Assembly (NCBI RefSeq): GCF_044704955.1
Contig: NC_091996.1
Coordinates: 97,898,001-97,962,000 of the forward strand
Reading direction: 5' to 3'
Origin: Pristiophorus japonicus
Lineage: Eukaryota
DNA length: 64,000 nucleotides
Shown: positions 34,501-46,649 of the stretch, piece after piece
Layout of the letters: each line of letters starts with the position of its first letter
Numbering within the stretch: the stretch's first letter is position 1
The notes under the pieces: model-generated
The model's input: the letters and a program-made list of their open reading frames with translations, nothing else
Told to the model about the DNA's origin: nothing
Databases searched by the model: none
Program-made: the position numbers and the translations under genes

Positions 34501-37500
34501 TAGGCTGCTACCTGGTCCCTCTCCAAAGCAACCTCTACCCGGCCAAATGGTATCTCTGCCTTATTCTACCAAGAGACAGAGTGACGGCACTAAAAAGATC
34601 AACATGTGCTCGACTTGTCATTGAGGGCGCTTCCTCTTTTGCTCGAAGTGGGGACATTGGCCGTGAATGGGTGGGAGAGCTCCCGAACCACTCCCATCCT
34701 CACCATCTGAATTCGGGCCACAGCTGGGTGCAAAATCCAGCTCGCACACTGTCCGAAACAGACTACACGATACGAGACACGAAACTCCCAAAGCAAGCGC
34801 TCTACTCGGAACTCCTTCACGGCAAGTGAGCCCCAGGTGGGCAGAGGAAACGTTACAGGGACACCCTCAAAGCCTCCCTGATAAAGTACACCATCCCCAC
34901 CGACACCTGGGAGTCCCTGGCCCAAAGACCAGTCCACCCTAAGTGGAGGAAGTGCATCCGGGAGGGCGCTGAGCACCTCGAGTCTCGTCGCCGAGAGCGT
35001 GCAGAAACCAAGCGCAGGCAGCGGAAGGAGCGTGCGGCAAACCAGTCCCACCCTCCCCTTCCCTCAACCACTGTCTGTCCCACCTGTGACAGGGACTGTG
35101 GTTCCCGTATTGGACTGTTCAGTCACCTGTGGACTCACTGTTAGAGTGGAAGCAAGTCTTCCTCGATTCCGAGGGACTGACTACGCTGATGATGATGACG
35201 ATGACAGGAGGACACAATCAGGAATGGGGCAAAATGGGCAGGTAAGTGGCTTATGCAGTTTAATACAGAAAGTGTGACAATACATTTTGAAATTGCCATT
35301 CGCCCTGATTTGGGGGGAGGGGGAGTGGGAGGGGGGTGGGCACTAACCTTCCGGGTCCAGGGCTTCCTGCGGTCAGCCTGAAAGTCCCACCCTCGACGTG
35401 CAATTGGACTGTGCGTCCCTGAAAGTAAGCGGAGCGCTGTCTCTGGCGATGCGCTTGGTTTGAGGGGCGTTCCGCTCCCAGGGCAGCCGGCGCTACGCGG
35501 GCGCAGTACAATGCACCTCCCTTTCAGGGCCACTGAGCAATCTGCAGGACCGATGGCGGACTGCCGCCGGAGGTGGTGCGTTCGACAAGGCCAGCAGCCC
35601 AGCACCCAACAACGGAGCGGCAGGCTGCACGATGGCCACCATTGTCGGGCCGACACACGAGTTGGCCGACAAATAAAGATGGCGGCCTGGGGCGCTACGG
35701 GGCTCCCCTTTAAGGGGCGGCCCGGGCGGCGGATTTGCGCAGGCTTCGCCTGGTCGCGGGGGCCAATTTCCACCCCCCCTCCCCCCTCCCCGCGCGGGAC
35801 ACGAAAAGGTCGCTGCCGGGCACTGAGGGATCGGTGCGCGTGACGATGATGTCATCACCCGTTGTGCACCAGCCCGGGGCACGAATCGTGGGGCGCGATG
35901 CGCTGCTGGGACCCCGCCACCCAAAACATCCGGGGGGGGGCAATTTTCCCCGAAGGCGCCATTGTGCCCCACAGAGGCACTCACACTCAAAGAATGGAAA
36001 TATACCTTAAACTGTTCCTACCTTGCACCAGCACAACACAGCCATTTCCTTGAAGTTGGATGATCGGAACGGGATTGGCAATCTTAACCTGACACCAATA
36101 GGTACCACTGTCCTTTGGAGATGCTCGGGCGATCGTTAAGACGGAGGATTTATTTGATAAATCAGCTCTGGCGGAGACTCTGGGATCAGAACTGTTACAC
36201 TGCGATGATCCAGAAGTGTGTGCTTCAACAGGACAGATCACATGGGTACGCTCCCTGGTCCAGTTGAAGATGAGCTCTTGTACATCAGTGGGTGGTATCT
36301 GTAAGGTGCAGGTCAGAGTGACCGTTTCCCCTTCCTTTACCGAGAGAAAGGAGGGGGTCTGGGAGACAGAACGTTGCATCAGTGCAGGGGCTGGATGAAA
36401 GGACAGAAGGCTCATTAACGTGCCAGGTGAAAAGACGAGTGAACGATTTAACGAATACAGCGAACATTGATCTAGAATTTAGGAACGTGCGAATATTCAA
36501 ACACTATTGAAGAGGATTGCCTAAAGGACCTTCTTGTGTGATACTGAGGCATACAGGCTGGAAGGTGCCCGATTATATCCCATCTGTACCAAGGAACCTA
36601 ATCTCACTGAGGGCAGGAAATGGGGAGAGGATGGGCAGGGCCAACAATTAGGCTCCTGGCCCTTTGGGGTGTAAGATGAGCCATACTATCCGTCTCTGAT
36701 CACAATCCAGTCACCCCCCCCCCCACCGCTGGTGGCAAAGATGTGCGACAACAAGCCTTGAATGGTAGATGGAGAATAGCCCAACCATACAGGTTAAAAC
36801 AACAAATTGAATTTATTTACACTTCAATCATATACAGAAGCAAAAACACTGGATGTTTAAAACATTGTACCAGCAACAACGCCTGGTTATATATCATCTT
36901 TTACTGGAATATTTCCCACGGTGCCAAATACTCTATCTGTCCCTAGGGCAGATCCTACATCAAGTCTCACTCATGGGAGGAAATCATTATCGTTGTCACA
37001 GGCAGTTCCTCGAAGCGAGGATGACTTGCTTCCACGCCAAGAAGGGATGAGTTTACAGGTGTTTCGATGAAGGACCTAATATTCCGGATCCCGAACTACA
37101 TCCTGAAGGGTGGAAGATGCCTGTGGGTGGATTGTTTAACGTGGGGTGACCGTTGCACACCAGCCACCACACGGGGCTTGACAGAGCGAGGTCTGGGTCC
37201 AGGGGCAAGGGTTAACCAGGACGGCTGGAGACCTGCTCTGCTGCACGGACCCAGTGCGCTCACATATCGCAGTGTGGGCTGGGCCCGTGCTGCCCCTGGG
37301 CCTTCGCCTCTCCTGGGCCCCGGTCACTTCCCTCTACAATCGCTCGGCTCTCCTGGGCCCCGGTCACTTCCCTCTACAATCGCTCGGCTCTCCTGGGCCC
37401 CGGTCACTTCCCTCTCCGGACTCTCACTGCTCCTTCGCCCCTCCTGCTGTGCCTGCCCGCACTACAATCAGCGACCTGACTTCGCAGCCGTCGCCCTCCT

Positions 37501-40500
37501 GCAGCAGCATGAGCTACTCCCTGCAGTGGTATACCGCTGTAAGCTGCTCCTTCCAATGGCCCCGGCCTGTTGATGGTCTTGCAGGCCGGGGCTGGGCCGA
37601 TTTCCGGGATCGTGGCACCTGAGAACCTCATTTTCCAATTTCTCTGGCTACAGGTGTGGTGTCGAAGGACTGCTAAGATTGTATGGTTGTTTAAAAAGGG
37701 AGAAAGGGATAGACCGAGTAATTAAAGGCCAGTCCGCCTAACCTTGGCAAATTAGTGGAACAAATTTTGAAGGACAGCATTAATCTTCATTTGGAAAGGC
37801 TTGGTTTAATCAAGGACAGTCAGCATGGATTTGTTTAGGGAAGTTCGTGTCTGACTAACTTGATTGCATTTTTTCAGGAGGTAACCAGGAGGGTTGATGA
37901 GGGCAGTGTGTATGATGTAGTACATATGGATTTTAGCAAAGCTTTTGATAAGGTCCCACATGGTAGACTGGTCATGAAAGTAAAAGCCCATGGGATCCAG
38001 GGCAAAGTGGCAAGTTGGATCCAAAATTGTCTCAGAGGCAGGAAGCAAAGGGTAATGGTTGATGGATGTTTTTGTGATTGGAACGATGTATCCAGTGGGG
38101 TTCCACAGGGCTCAGTGCTGGGTCCCTTGCTTTTTGTGGTATATATCAATAATTTAAACTTCAATATATGGAGCATGATTAAGAAGTTTGCAGATGACAC
38201 TACAACAGGCCGTGTGGTTGATGATGAAGAAGAAAGCTGTAGACTGCAGGAAGATATCGATGAACTGGTCAGGTGGACAGAACAGTGGCAAATGGAATTC
38301 AATTCGGAGAAGTGTGAGGTAATGCATCTGGGGAGGTCTAACAAGGCGAGGGAATACACATTAAATGGTCGGACACTGAGAAGTGTAGAGGAACAGAGGG
38401 ACCTGGGAGTGCAGGCCCACAGATCCCTGAAGGTAGCAGGCCAGGTAGATAAGGTGATTAAGAAGGCATACGGAATACTTGCCTTTATTGGTCGAGGCAT
38501 ATAATACAAGAGCAGGGAGGTTATGCTTGAACTGTATAAAACACTGGTTAGGCCACAGCTGGAGTACTGCGTGCAGTTCTGGTCACCATATTACAGGAAG
38601 GATGTGATTGCACTGGAGAGGGTGCAGAGGAAGTTTACCAGGATGTTGCTGGGACTGGAGAATTTTAGCAATGAGGAAAGATTGGATAGGCTGGGGTTGT
38701 TTTCTTTGGAACAGAGGAGGCTGAGGGGAGAGCTGATTGAGGTGTATAAAATGATAAGGGGCCTGGATAAAGTGGATAGGACGGACCTGTTTCCCTTGAC
38801 AGAGGGGGGCAACAACCAGGGGGCACAGATTTAAAGTAATTGGGGGGAGGTTTAGAGGGGATTTGAGGGGAAATGCCTTCACCCAGAGGGTGGTGGGGGT
38901 CTGGAACTCACTGCCTGAAAGGGTGGTAGAGGGAGAAATGCATTTAAAAGAAAGACTTGCATTTATATAGCGCCTTTCACGATCACCGGACGTCTCAAAG
39001 TGCTTTACAGCCAATGAAGTACTTTTGGAGTGTGGTCACTGTTGTAATGTGGGAAACGCCAACTTGCGCACAGCAAGCTCCCACACACAGCAATGTGAAA
39101 ATGACCAGATAATCTGTTTTAGTGATGTTGGTTGAAGGATAAATATTGGCCCCAGGACACCGGGAGAACTCCCCTGCTCTTCTTCAAAATAGTGGCCACG
39201 GGATCTTTTACATCCACCTGAGAGAGGGCAGACGGGGCCTCGGTTTAATGTCTCATCTGAAAGACTGCCCCTCCAACAGTGCGGCACTCCCTCAGTACTG
39301 CCCCTCCAACAGTGCGGCTCTCCCTCAGTACTGCCCCTCCAACAGTGCGGCGCTCCCTCAGTACTGCCCCTCCAACAGTGCGGCTCTCCCTCAGTACTGC
39401 CCCTCCGATAGTGCGGCACTCCCTCAGTACTGCCCCTCTGACAGTGCGGGGCTGCCTCAGTACTGCCCCTCCGACAGTGCGGCGCTCCCTCAGTACTGCC
39501 CCTCCGACAGTGCGGCGCTCCCTCAGTACTGCCCCTCCGACAGTGCGGCGCTCCCTCAGTACTGCCCCTCCGACAGTGCGGCGCTCCCTCAGTACCGCCC
39601 CTCCGACAGTGCGGCGCTCCCTCAGCACTGCCCCTCCGACAGTGCGGCGCTCCCTCAGTACCTCCCCTCCGACAGTGCGGGGCACCCTCAGCACTGCCAC
39701 TCCGACAGTGTGGGGCTCCCTCAGCACTGCCCCTCCGACAGTGCGGTGCTCCCTCAGTACTGCCCCTCCGACAGTGCGGCGCTCCCTCAGCACTGCCCCT
39801 CCGACAGTGTGGGGCTCCCTCAGCATTGCCCCTCCGACAGTGCGGGGCTCCCTCAGCACTGCCCCTCCGACAGTGCGGCGCTCCCTCAGCACTGCCCCTC
39901 CGACAGTGCGGGGCTCCCTCAGCACTGCCCCTCTGACAGTGCGGGGCTCCCTGAGCACTACACTGGATTATTAGCTTGGATTTTTTTTGTGCGTAAGTCC
40001 CTGGCGTGGGACTTGAATCCACAATCTACTGACTCAGAGATGAAAGTGCTGCCCACTGAGGCATGGCTGACATTTAAAAAGTACCCGGATGTGCACCTGA
40101 AGTGCCGTAACCTGCAGGGCTATGGACCGAGAGCTGGAAAGTGGGATTAGACTGGGTAGCTCTTGGTCGGCCAGCGGGGACACGATGGGCTGAATGGCCT
40201 CCTTCCGTGCTGTCAATGTCTATGGTTCTATGCGATACTTGAACCACTTACTAAGGAACAGTAGCTTCCCATTGCCTTCCTCAAGTGTTTTATCTTTGGA
40301 GTACCTTATCCAATAGAGGATGCAGCCATTACTAAACAGTACACTCACCTCTTACAGCTAGCCATTGACTGCACACCTATTGGAGTTGAGTACCATCCCT
40401 GGAGGTTGTAATGTGTTTGCTCCGTGGGTTCTTTGCTTAAGAATCCATAGCAACACGTTGTTATTAAGAACCAGTTGGTTTATTAGCGAAGGTTTAACAA

Positions 40501-43500
40501 TCACACGACACATTACCGGTTCATCCACCAGGCTCACAACCACCTGCCCCATCGTGGGTCCCCCAAACCCAACTGGCTGGGGTTTTATTGAGTCTTGTGA
40601 ACATCACATGCCTAACTGAGCCACTCCCAACTTGACAGCTGTACTCACAGGTGCGTTGAGTATTCAGAGCCAACGCTCTGGTCTTGTGCTCACTGGGCCT
40701 GTTTGCAGTGGGACTCAAGCCTAACCCTTCGGACTCAGAGATGGGAATACTGGCGCTGAGCCAATGGTCACTCTTTCCGGATACAAGCAGCCGACTGTCA
40801 ACCCAGCTTGCAGGGATTCTATTCTAGCCTGCACTCACCAGGGCTGCCTGGAGCAGAGATCGAACTTGCCACCTTCGGACTCAGAGGCTGCAACGACACC
40901 ACTGAGATAAAGGCCACTTCCTGGCAGACCATTAATAAGTTTCGGGGCACAGGAGAGGCAAGAGTCCAGGGCACAGGAGAGGCAAGAGTCCAGGGCCCAG
41001 GAGAGGCAAGAGTCCAGGGCTCAGGAGAGGCAAGAGTCCAGGGCCCAGGAGAGGCAAGAGTCCAGGGCTCAGGAGAGGCAAGAGTCCAGGGCCCAGGGGA
41101 GGGGAGAGTCCAGGGCCCAGGAGAGGCGAGAGTCCAGGGCCCAGGGGAGGCGAGAGTTCGGGGCCCAGGAGAGGCAAGAGTCTGGGGCCCAGGGGAGGGG
41201 AGAGTCCAGGGCCCAGGAGAGGCGAGAGTTTGGGGCCCAGGAGAGGCGAGAGTCCAGGGCCCAGGAGAGGCGAGAGTCCAGGGCGCAGGAGAGGCGAGAG
41301 TTTGGGGCCCAGGAGAGGCGATAGTCCAGGGCCCAGGAGAGGCAAGAGTCCAGGGCTCAGGAGAGGCAAGAGTCCAGGGCCCAGGAGAGGCGAGAGTCCA
41401 GGGCCCAGGAGAGGCAAAAGTCCAGGGCCCAGGAGAGGCGAGAGTCCAGGGCCCAGGGGAGGCGAGAGTCCAGGGCCCAGGAGAGGCAAGAGTCCAGGGC
41501 TCAGGAGAGGCAAGAGTCCAGGGCTCAGGAGAGGCAAGAGTCCAGGGCCCAGGAGAGGCGAGAGTCCAGGGCCCAGGGGAGGCGAGAGTCCAGGGCCCAG
41601 GGGAGGCGAGAGTTCGGGGCCCAGGAGAGGCAAGAGTCCGGGGCCCAGGGGAGGGGAGAGTCCAGGGCCCAGGAGAGGCGAGAGTTTGGGGCCCAGGAGA
41701 GGCGAGAGTCCAGGGCCCAGGAGAGGCAAGAGTCCAGGGCGCAGGAGAGGCGAGAGTTCGGGGCCCAGGGGAGGCGAGAGTTCGGAGTCCAGGGGCAGCA
41801 CGGGCCCAGCCCACACTGCGATATGTGAGCACACTGGGTCCGTGCAGCAGAGCAGGTCTCCAGGCGTCCTGGTTAACCCTTGCCCCTGGACCAAGCCCTC
41901 GCTCTGTCAAACCCGTGTGGTGGCTGGTGTACAACGGTCACCCCACGTTAAAACAATCCACCCACAGGCATCTTCCACCCTTCAGGATGTAGTTCGGGAT
42001 CCGGAATATTAGATCCTTCATCGAAACACCTGGGAACTCATCCCTTTTTTTGGTGGAGCAAAGTCCTCCTCGTGTCGAGGGACCGCCTGTGATAATGATG
42101 AATAAGGAACCACAACAAGAGGTCACGAGTTGGATGCAATCAGACCAGACAGTGAGTCAGGACAAGCCCACTCATTCACAGGCTGCTCCCTGGCCCCTCG
42201 CCAAACGTACCTGCACCCGTCCACCCGTAGGATCGCTGCCTTCCTCTACCAAGGGACATGGTGACGGCCCTGAATATATCGAACCGTTCTCAATCTCATC
42301 ATTGAAGGTTTCTCAACACTTTCTCTTCCTGTTCTCTCTCATCTTTGTGTCTCATTCTCTGTTCATCNNNNNNNNNNNNNNNNNNNNNNNNNNNNNNNNN
42401 NNNNNNNNNNNNNNNNNNNNNNNNNNNNNNNNNNNNNNNNNNNNNNNNNNNNNNNNNNNNNNNNNNNNNNNNNNNNNNNNNNNNNNNNNNNNNNNNNNNN
42501 NNNNNNNNNNNNNNNNNNNNNNNNNNNNNNNNNNNNNNNNNNNNNNNNNNNNNNNNNNNNNNNNNNNNNNNNNNNNNNNNNNNNNNNNNNNNNNNNNNNN
42601 NNNNNNNNNNNNNNNNNNNNNNNNNNNNNNNNNNNNNNNNNNNNNNNNNNNNNNNNNNNNNNNNNNNNNNNNNNNNNNNNNNNNNNNNNNNNNNNNNNNN
42701 NNNNNNNNNNNNNNNNNNNNNNNNNNNNNNNNNNNNNNNNNNNNNNNNNNNNNNNNNNNNNNNNNNNNNNNNNNNNNNNNNNNNNNNNNNNNNNNNNNNN
42801 NNNNNNNNNNNNNNNNNNNNNNNNNNNNNNNNNNNNNNNNNNNNNNNNNNNNNNNNNNNNNNNNNNNNNNNNNNNNNNNNNNNNNNNNNNNNNNNNNNNN
42901 NNNNNNNNNNNNNNNNNNNNNNNNNNNNNNNNNNNNNNNNNNNNNNNNNNNNNNNNNNNNNNNNNNNNNNNNNNNNNNNNNNNNNNNNNNNNNNNNNNNN
43001 NNNNNNNNNNNNNNNNNNNNNNNNNNNNNNNNNNNNNNNNNNNNNNNNNNNNNNNNNNNNNNNNNNNNNNNNNNNNNNNNNNNNNNNNNNNNNNNNNNNN
43101 NNNNNNNNNNNNNNNNNNNNNNNNNNNNNNNNNNNNNTCTCTCTCACCCATCTCTTGCTGTCTCTCTCTCTCTCTCTCTTGCTGTCTCTCTCTCTCTCAC
43201 CCATCTCTTGCTCTCTCTCTCTCTCTCTCACCCATCTCTTGCNNNNNNNNNNNNNNNNNNNNNNNNNNNNNNNNNNNNNNNNNNNNNNNNNNNNNNNNNN
43301 NNNNNNNNNNNNNNNNNNNNNNNNNNNNNNNNNNNNNNNNNNNNNNNNNNNNNNNNNNNNNNNNNNNNNNNNNNNNNNNNNNNNNNNNNNNNNNNNNNNN
43401 NNNNNNNNNNNNNNNNNNNNNNNNNNNNNNNNNNNNNNNNNNNNNNNNNNNNNNNNNNNNNNNNNNNNNNNNNNNNNNNNNNNNNNNNNNNNNNNNNNNN

Positions 43501-44015
43501 NNNNNNNNNNNNNNNNNNNNNNNNNNNNNNNNNNNNNNNNNNNNNNNNNNNNNNNNNNNNNNNNNNNNNNNNNNNNNNNNNNNNNNNNNNNNNNNNNNNN
43601 NNNNNNNNNNNNNNNNNNNNNNNNNNNNNNNNNNNNNNNNNNNNNNNNNNNNNNNNNNNNNNNNNNNNNNNNNNNNNNNNNNNNNNNNNNNNNNNNNNNN
43701 NNNNNNNNNNNNNNNNNNNNNNNNNNNNNNNNNNNNNNNTCTCCCTTCTCTTCCCTTCTCACCACCAGTTTCTGATGATCACCACACCCCTCTGAGATCT
43801 GAGTCCCTTTTGACTTTTCCGATCAACAGGAAGGTTTGCAACACTGAGTTAATCTGAACCGCTAAACATCGCTGTTAGCAGGCTGGCTTCCTGGACAGTG
43901 TAAGCGGAGACATTCAGACAACAGTCGGGATCGTGGCCGAGCCCATCTTACCGGTAACAAGGAGAGAGATGCAACTTGTCCAGACCCAGGCAGGAGCGAG
44001 GCATCTCCGAGTCAT
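25381..44015 (-). CDS. Two-V-domain Ig superfamily receptor, CD28H/TMIGD2-like (CD28/NKp30 VJ family)
   Basis: Exons: leader 44015-43952, V1 36390-36022, V2 33865-33494, TM 31708-31595, terminal 25580-25381. All are GT-AG and phase 1. Small cytoplasmic exons in between are uncertain. Confidence 0.75.
26995..27640 (+). mobile_element. Deu-SINE with 33-bp array
   Basis: Array plus Deu core and 3' body. Confidence 0.8.
27665..29485. repeat. 21-bp minisatellite
   Basis: Unit aggtactagagtgtgtgg(gag/gac/ggc/aag). Confidence 0.95.
29940..30525 (+). mobile_element. CR1 LINE 3' fragment
   Basis: GLTYEERLDRLGLY...NFFTQRVVNLWNSLP and a (tttctatg)n tail. Confidence 0.9.
31015..31440. repeat. 65-bp tandem repeat
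   Basis: Unit ctgccctgggagtgtttgatgggacagtgtagagggagctttactctgtatctaaccccctgtac. Same family as 59385-60390. Confidence 0.9.
31595..31708 (-). CDS. IgSF receptor transmembrane exon
   Basis: Acceptor cttctctttcAG, donor G|GTAAAT, 114 nt. Encodes AMVPPAPASYQSLAAVSVALIIVPLVSLIYFLVKKHNK. Not present in the ORF track. Confidence 0.82.
31800..32475. repeat. 49-bp minisatellite
   Basis: Unit gggaatgggcaggaggagatacagacggacctgttctcccatggactct. Variants recur with a 294-bp period. Confidence 0.9.
33494..33865 (-). CDS. Ig V-set (VJ-type) domain exon 2
   Basis: VSQTPPFLSVTEGESISLTC...FTW...VSCP...QC...LRITRASQKDNGTYRC...GNGSVVLVQ. NAGNAG acceptor (33865 or 33862), donor G|GTAGGT. Confidence 0.92.
34760..35205 (+). 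mobile_element. RTE-clade LINE 3' fragment
   Basis: TKLPKQALYSEL...CPTCDRDCGSRIGLFSH and a (gat)n tail. Confidence 0.85.
36022..36390 (-). CDS. Ig V-set (VJ-type) domain exon 1
   Basis: VSQTPSFLSVKEGETVTLTC...FNW...VICP...QC...LTIARASPKDSGTYWC...GNGCVVLVQ. Acceptor tcctttcatccAG, donor G|GTAGGA. Confidence 0.92.
36990..37615 (-). mobile_element. RTE-related non-autonomous retroposon, near full length
   Basis: Reverse complement of the family at 3090/58120, with a short internal tandem duplication. Confidence 0.7.
37630..38935 (+). mobile_element. CR1 LINE fragment with RT domain
   Basis: DFSKAFDKVPHGRL, SGVPQGSVLGPLLF and KFADDT motifs. Stops and frameshifts present. Confidence 0.93.
38950..40065 (-). 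mobile_element. Full-length Deu-SINE with 33-bp array
   Basis: Minus-strand tRNA head, array, Deu core and tail aaaggcgctatataaatgcaagtcttt. Confidence 0.82.
40407..40647 (-). mobile_element. Solo LTR (same family as 15151-15423)
   Basis: High similarity over ~220 bp, starting tgtaatg. Confidence 0.65.
40945..42098 (+). mobile_element. RTE-related retroposon with 24-bp tandem expansion
   Basis: Unit ccagggcccaggagaggcgagagt repeated over ~40945-41790, continuing into the retroposon body and RTE tail. Confidence 0.8.
43952..44015 (-). CDS. IgSF receptor leader (signal peptide) exon
   Basis: Encodes MTRRCLAPAWVWTSCISLLVT, donor G|GTAAGA phase 1, compatible with V1. RUNX (ACCACA ~44092) and ETS (ACTTCCT ~44140) motifs lie just upstream. 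Confidence 0.7.
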
Positions 44016-45359
44016 AGCCAGAGGCTGAGCTGTTTTGACTGTGCCAGGGCGAGATTGCTAAGGTTTCTTTGTATGCCTCTATCCACAACTGACCACAATA
44101 TGATTTCTCACTTGCTCGCAGTTCAAACAGCACTTGTACACTTCCTTAAAATTCATAACACATATCCGGCCTTATAGCCGCAGTTGGCTTCTCAGAACAG
44201 GCAGAATGACAAGCAGCTGATGTTCCTTGTCCGGACTTGCAGAACTTTCTTCCCCTGCCACTAGACAATATCCACCTCCTCCATCACCAGTGCACCGTGG
44301 GTACTGTATCACCACACAACTTGCATTTATATTGATAATAAAACCACCCAAGGTGCAGCACAGCGGCAATTTGCAGACACAATGTGGCACCGAGCCAAAG
44401 AAAGAGACATTAGGGCAGGTGACCAGAAGCCTGGTCACAGAGCTGGCTTTTAAGGAGCGTCCTGAAGGAGGAGAGAGAGGCGGAGAGGTTTAGGGAGGGA
44501 GTTCCAGAGCTTGGGGCCCAGGCAACAGAAGGCACGGCCACCGATGGAGGGGCGAAGAAGATTGGGAATGCGCCAAAGGCCAAAACTGGAGGAGCACGGA
44601 GATGTCGCAGGGCTGTAGGCAATGGTCCCTCTCGTTGTTGGAGGGCGTGCGGGCCATTCAAAATTCCGTCCACGGGCAGTTTTCCTATTTAAAAGCCAGC
44701 TGACTGGCTGTGGAACCTTCAGAGATTCCCCCTACCTCCAGTCCCACAACCCCGCGAGATCTCTGCGCTCCTCCAATTCTGCCCTCCTGACCATCCCCGA
44801 TTTTAATCGCTCCACTATCGGTGGCCGTGCCCCACACTCGGGAATTCTCTCTCTAAACCTCTCCGCCTCTCTACCCTGTTGGGTGTTGAATCTAGCAAGG
44901 CTCCTGGCTCCTTTTCAATTGCATTCTTAATTATTTCAACATCATTCATGGAGTATGTGTGCCAGCCATTTATCCTTCCAATGCATGGTACAATAAAACC
45001 TATAAAATTAGGGACACCAAGAGCAGGTCTCCAGCCGTCCTGGTTAACCCTTGCCCCTGGACCAAGACCTAGCTCTGTCAAGCCCGTGTGGTGGCTGGTG
45101 TGCAACGGTCACCCCACGTTAAAACAATCCACCCACAGGCAACTTCCACCATTTAAAATGACTTCATCAGTCTCCTGGGTACTCATTTTTGGCGTGGAGT
45201 CAGGTCACTCTCAACCCTCAGGGACTGCCTATGATGACTGTCTATGTATCAGGTATCCCTTTCTCTGCAAGTGTTTCTTAACTTCCAAATGGTACTTGTA
45301 TGTACTGGCCTCCCATCTTCCACCATTCATAACGGTGAGCTCGTCCAAACTCTGCTGCC

Positions 45360-46285
45360 TCGTGTCCTAACTCGCACCCAGTCCCACTCACCCATCACCC
45401 CCTGTGCTCACTGCCCCGTGTCCTAACTCTCACCGAGTCCCGCTCACCCATCACCCCCTGTGCTCACTGCCCCGTGTCCTAACTCGCACCCAGTCCCACT
45501 CACCCATCACCCCCTGTGCTCGTTGCCCCGTGTCCTAACTCACACCCAGTCCCGCTCACCCATCACCCCCTGTGCTCACTGCCCCGTGTCCTAACTCGCA
45601 CTCAGTCCCGCTCACCCATCACCCCCTGTGCCCCGTGTCCTAACTCGCACCCAGTCCTGCTCACCCATCACCCCCTGTGCTCGCTGCCCCGTGTCCTAAC
45701 TCGCACCGAGTCCCACTCACGCATCACCCCCTGTGCTCACTGCCCCGTGTTCTAACTCACACCGAGTCCTGCTCACCCATCGCCCCCTGTGCCCCGTGTC
45801 CTAACTCACACCGAGTCCTGCTCACCCATCGCCCCCTGTGCCCCGTGTCCTAACTCACACCCAGTCCTGCTCACCCATCGCCCCCTGTGCCCCGTGTCCT
45901 AACTCACACCGAGTCCTGCTCACCCATCGCCCCCTGTGCCCCGTGTCCTAACTCACACCGAGTCCCACTCACCCATCACCCCCTGTGCCCCGTGTCCTAA
46001 CTCGCACCGAGTCCTGCTCACCCATCGCCCCCTGTGCCCCGTGTCCTAACTCGCACCGAGTCCTGCTCACCCATCGCCCCCTGTGCTCACTGCCCCGTGT
46101 CCTAACTCGCACCGAGTCCTGCTCACCCATCGCCCCCTGTGCCCCATGTCCTAACTCGCACCGAGTCCCACTCACGCATCACCCCCTGTGCTCACTGCCC
46201 CGTGTTCTAACTCACACCGAGTCCTGCTCACCCATCGCCCCCTGTGCCCCGTGTCCTAACTCACACCCAGTCCTGCTCACCCATG
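45360..46285 (+). repeat. L2-derived 57/50-bp tandem repeat
   Basis: Same unit as 1-400, plus a shorter variant. Confidence 0.85.
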
Positions 46286-46301
46286 GGCACTCTGCACTGT
46301 A

Positions 46302-46429
46302 CACCTCATGGTGCAACATTAGCGTCTCTGTCTCCAGATCAGAAAGCTGCATGTTCAAATCATGTCGTCCAGTGGTTAGGATTCAGAGCTCGCACTGCCG
46401 TGGCCTGGGTTCGATTCCCGGTCAGGGAA
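46302..46429 (+). pseudogene. Fused tRNA-Trp / tRNA-Glu pseudogene
   Basis: 46302-46367 resembles tRNA-Trp(CCA) lacking its 3' acceptor strand. It abuts tRNA-Glu sequence (gtccagtggttaggattc...gttcgattcccggtcagggaa) lacking its 5' end. Confidence 0.75.
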
Positions 46430-46649
46430 AGTGTTTTTACAGAGTAAGTTGACAAAAATAATTCAAGTCTGTGAGATACTCAATCATTATTTCAATCATC
46501 ATTAATCCACCCACAACATGTGTTGCTCACTGAAGGAAATATAAATATGTTTGCCGAGCGACTATCCAATTTTAATAACTTTTTTACAACCGTAGAATCA
46601 GCAGAAAAACAGGATATTCGGCCCATAGTACCGAATATATAGCCCATAG

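Noticed and set aside
33494-36390. Rearranging TCR/Ig V segments
   Set aside because: Each exon already includes the J-like strand and ends in a splice donor. No heptamer-nonamer RSS follows.
40808-41992. Collagen-like GPGEARVQ ORF
   Set aside because: 24-bp tandem expansion within a retroposon, with no Gly-X-Y periodicity.
42211-42259. Alternative leader exon on the - strand (gtcaccATG...GCAG|gtacgt, MSLGRGRQRSYGWTGA)
   Set aside because: Good Kozak and phase-1 donor but not hydrophobic. 44015-43952 is a better signal peptide. Adjacent gaps prevent a firm decision.
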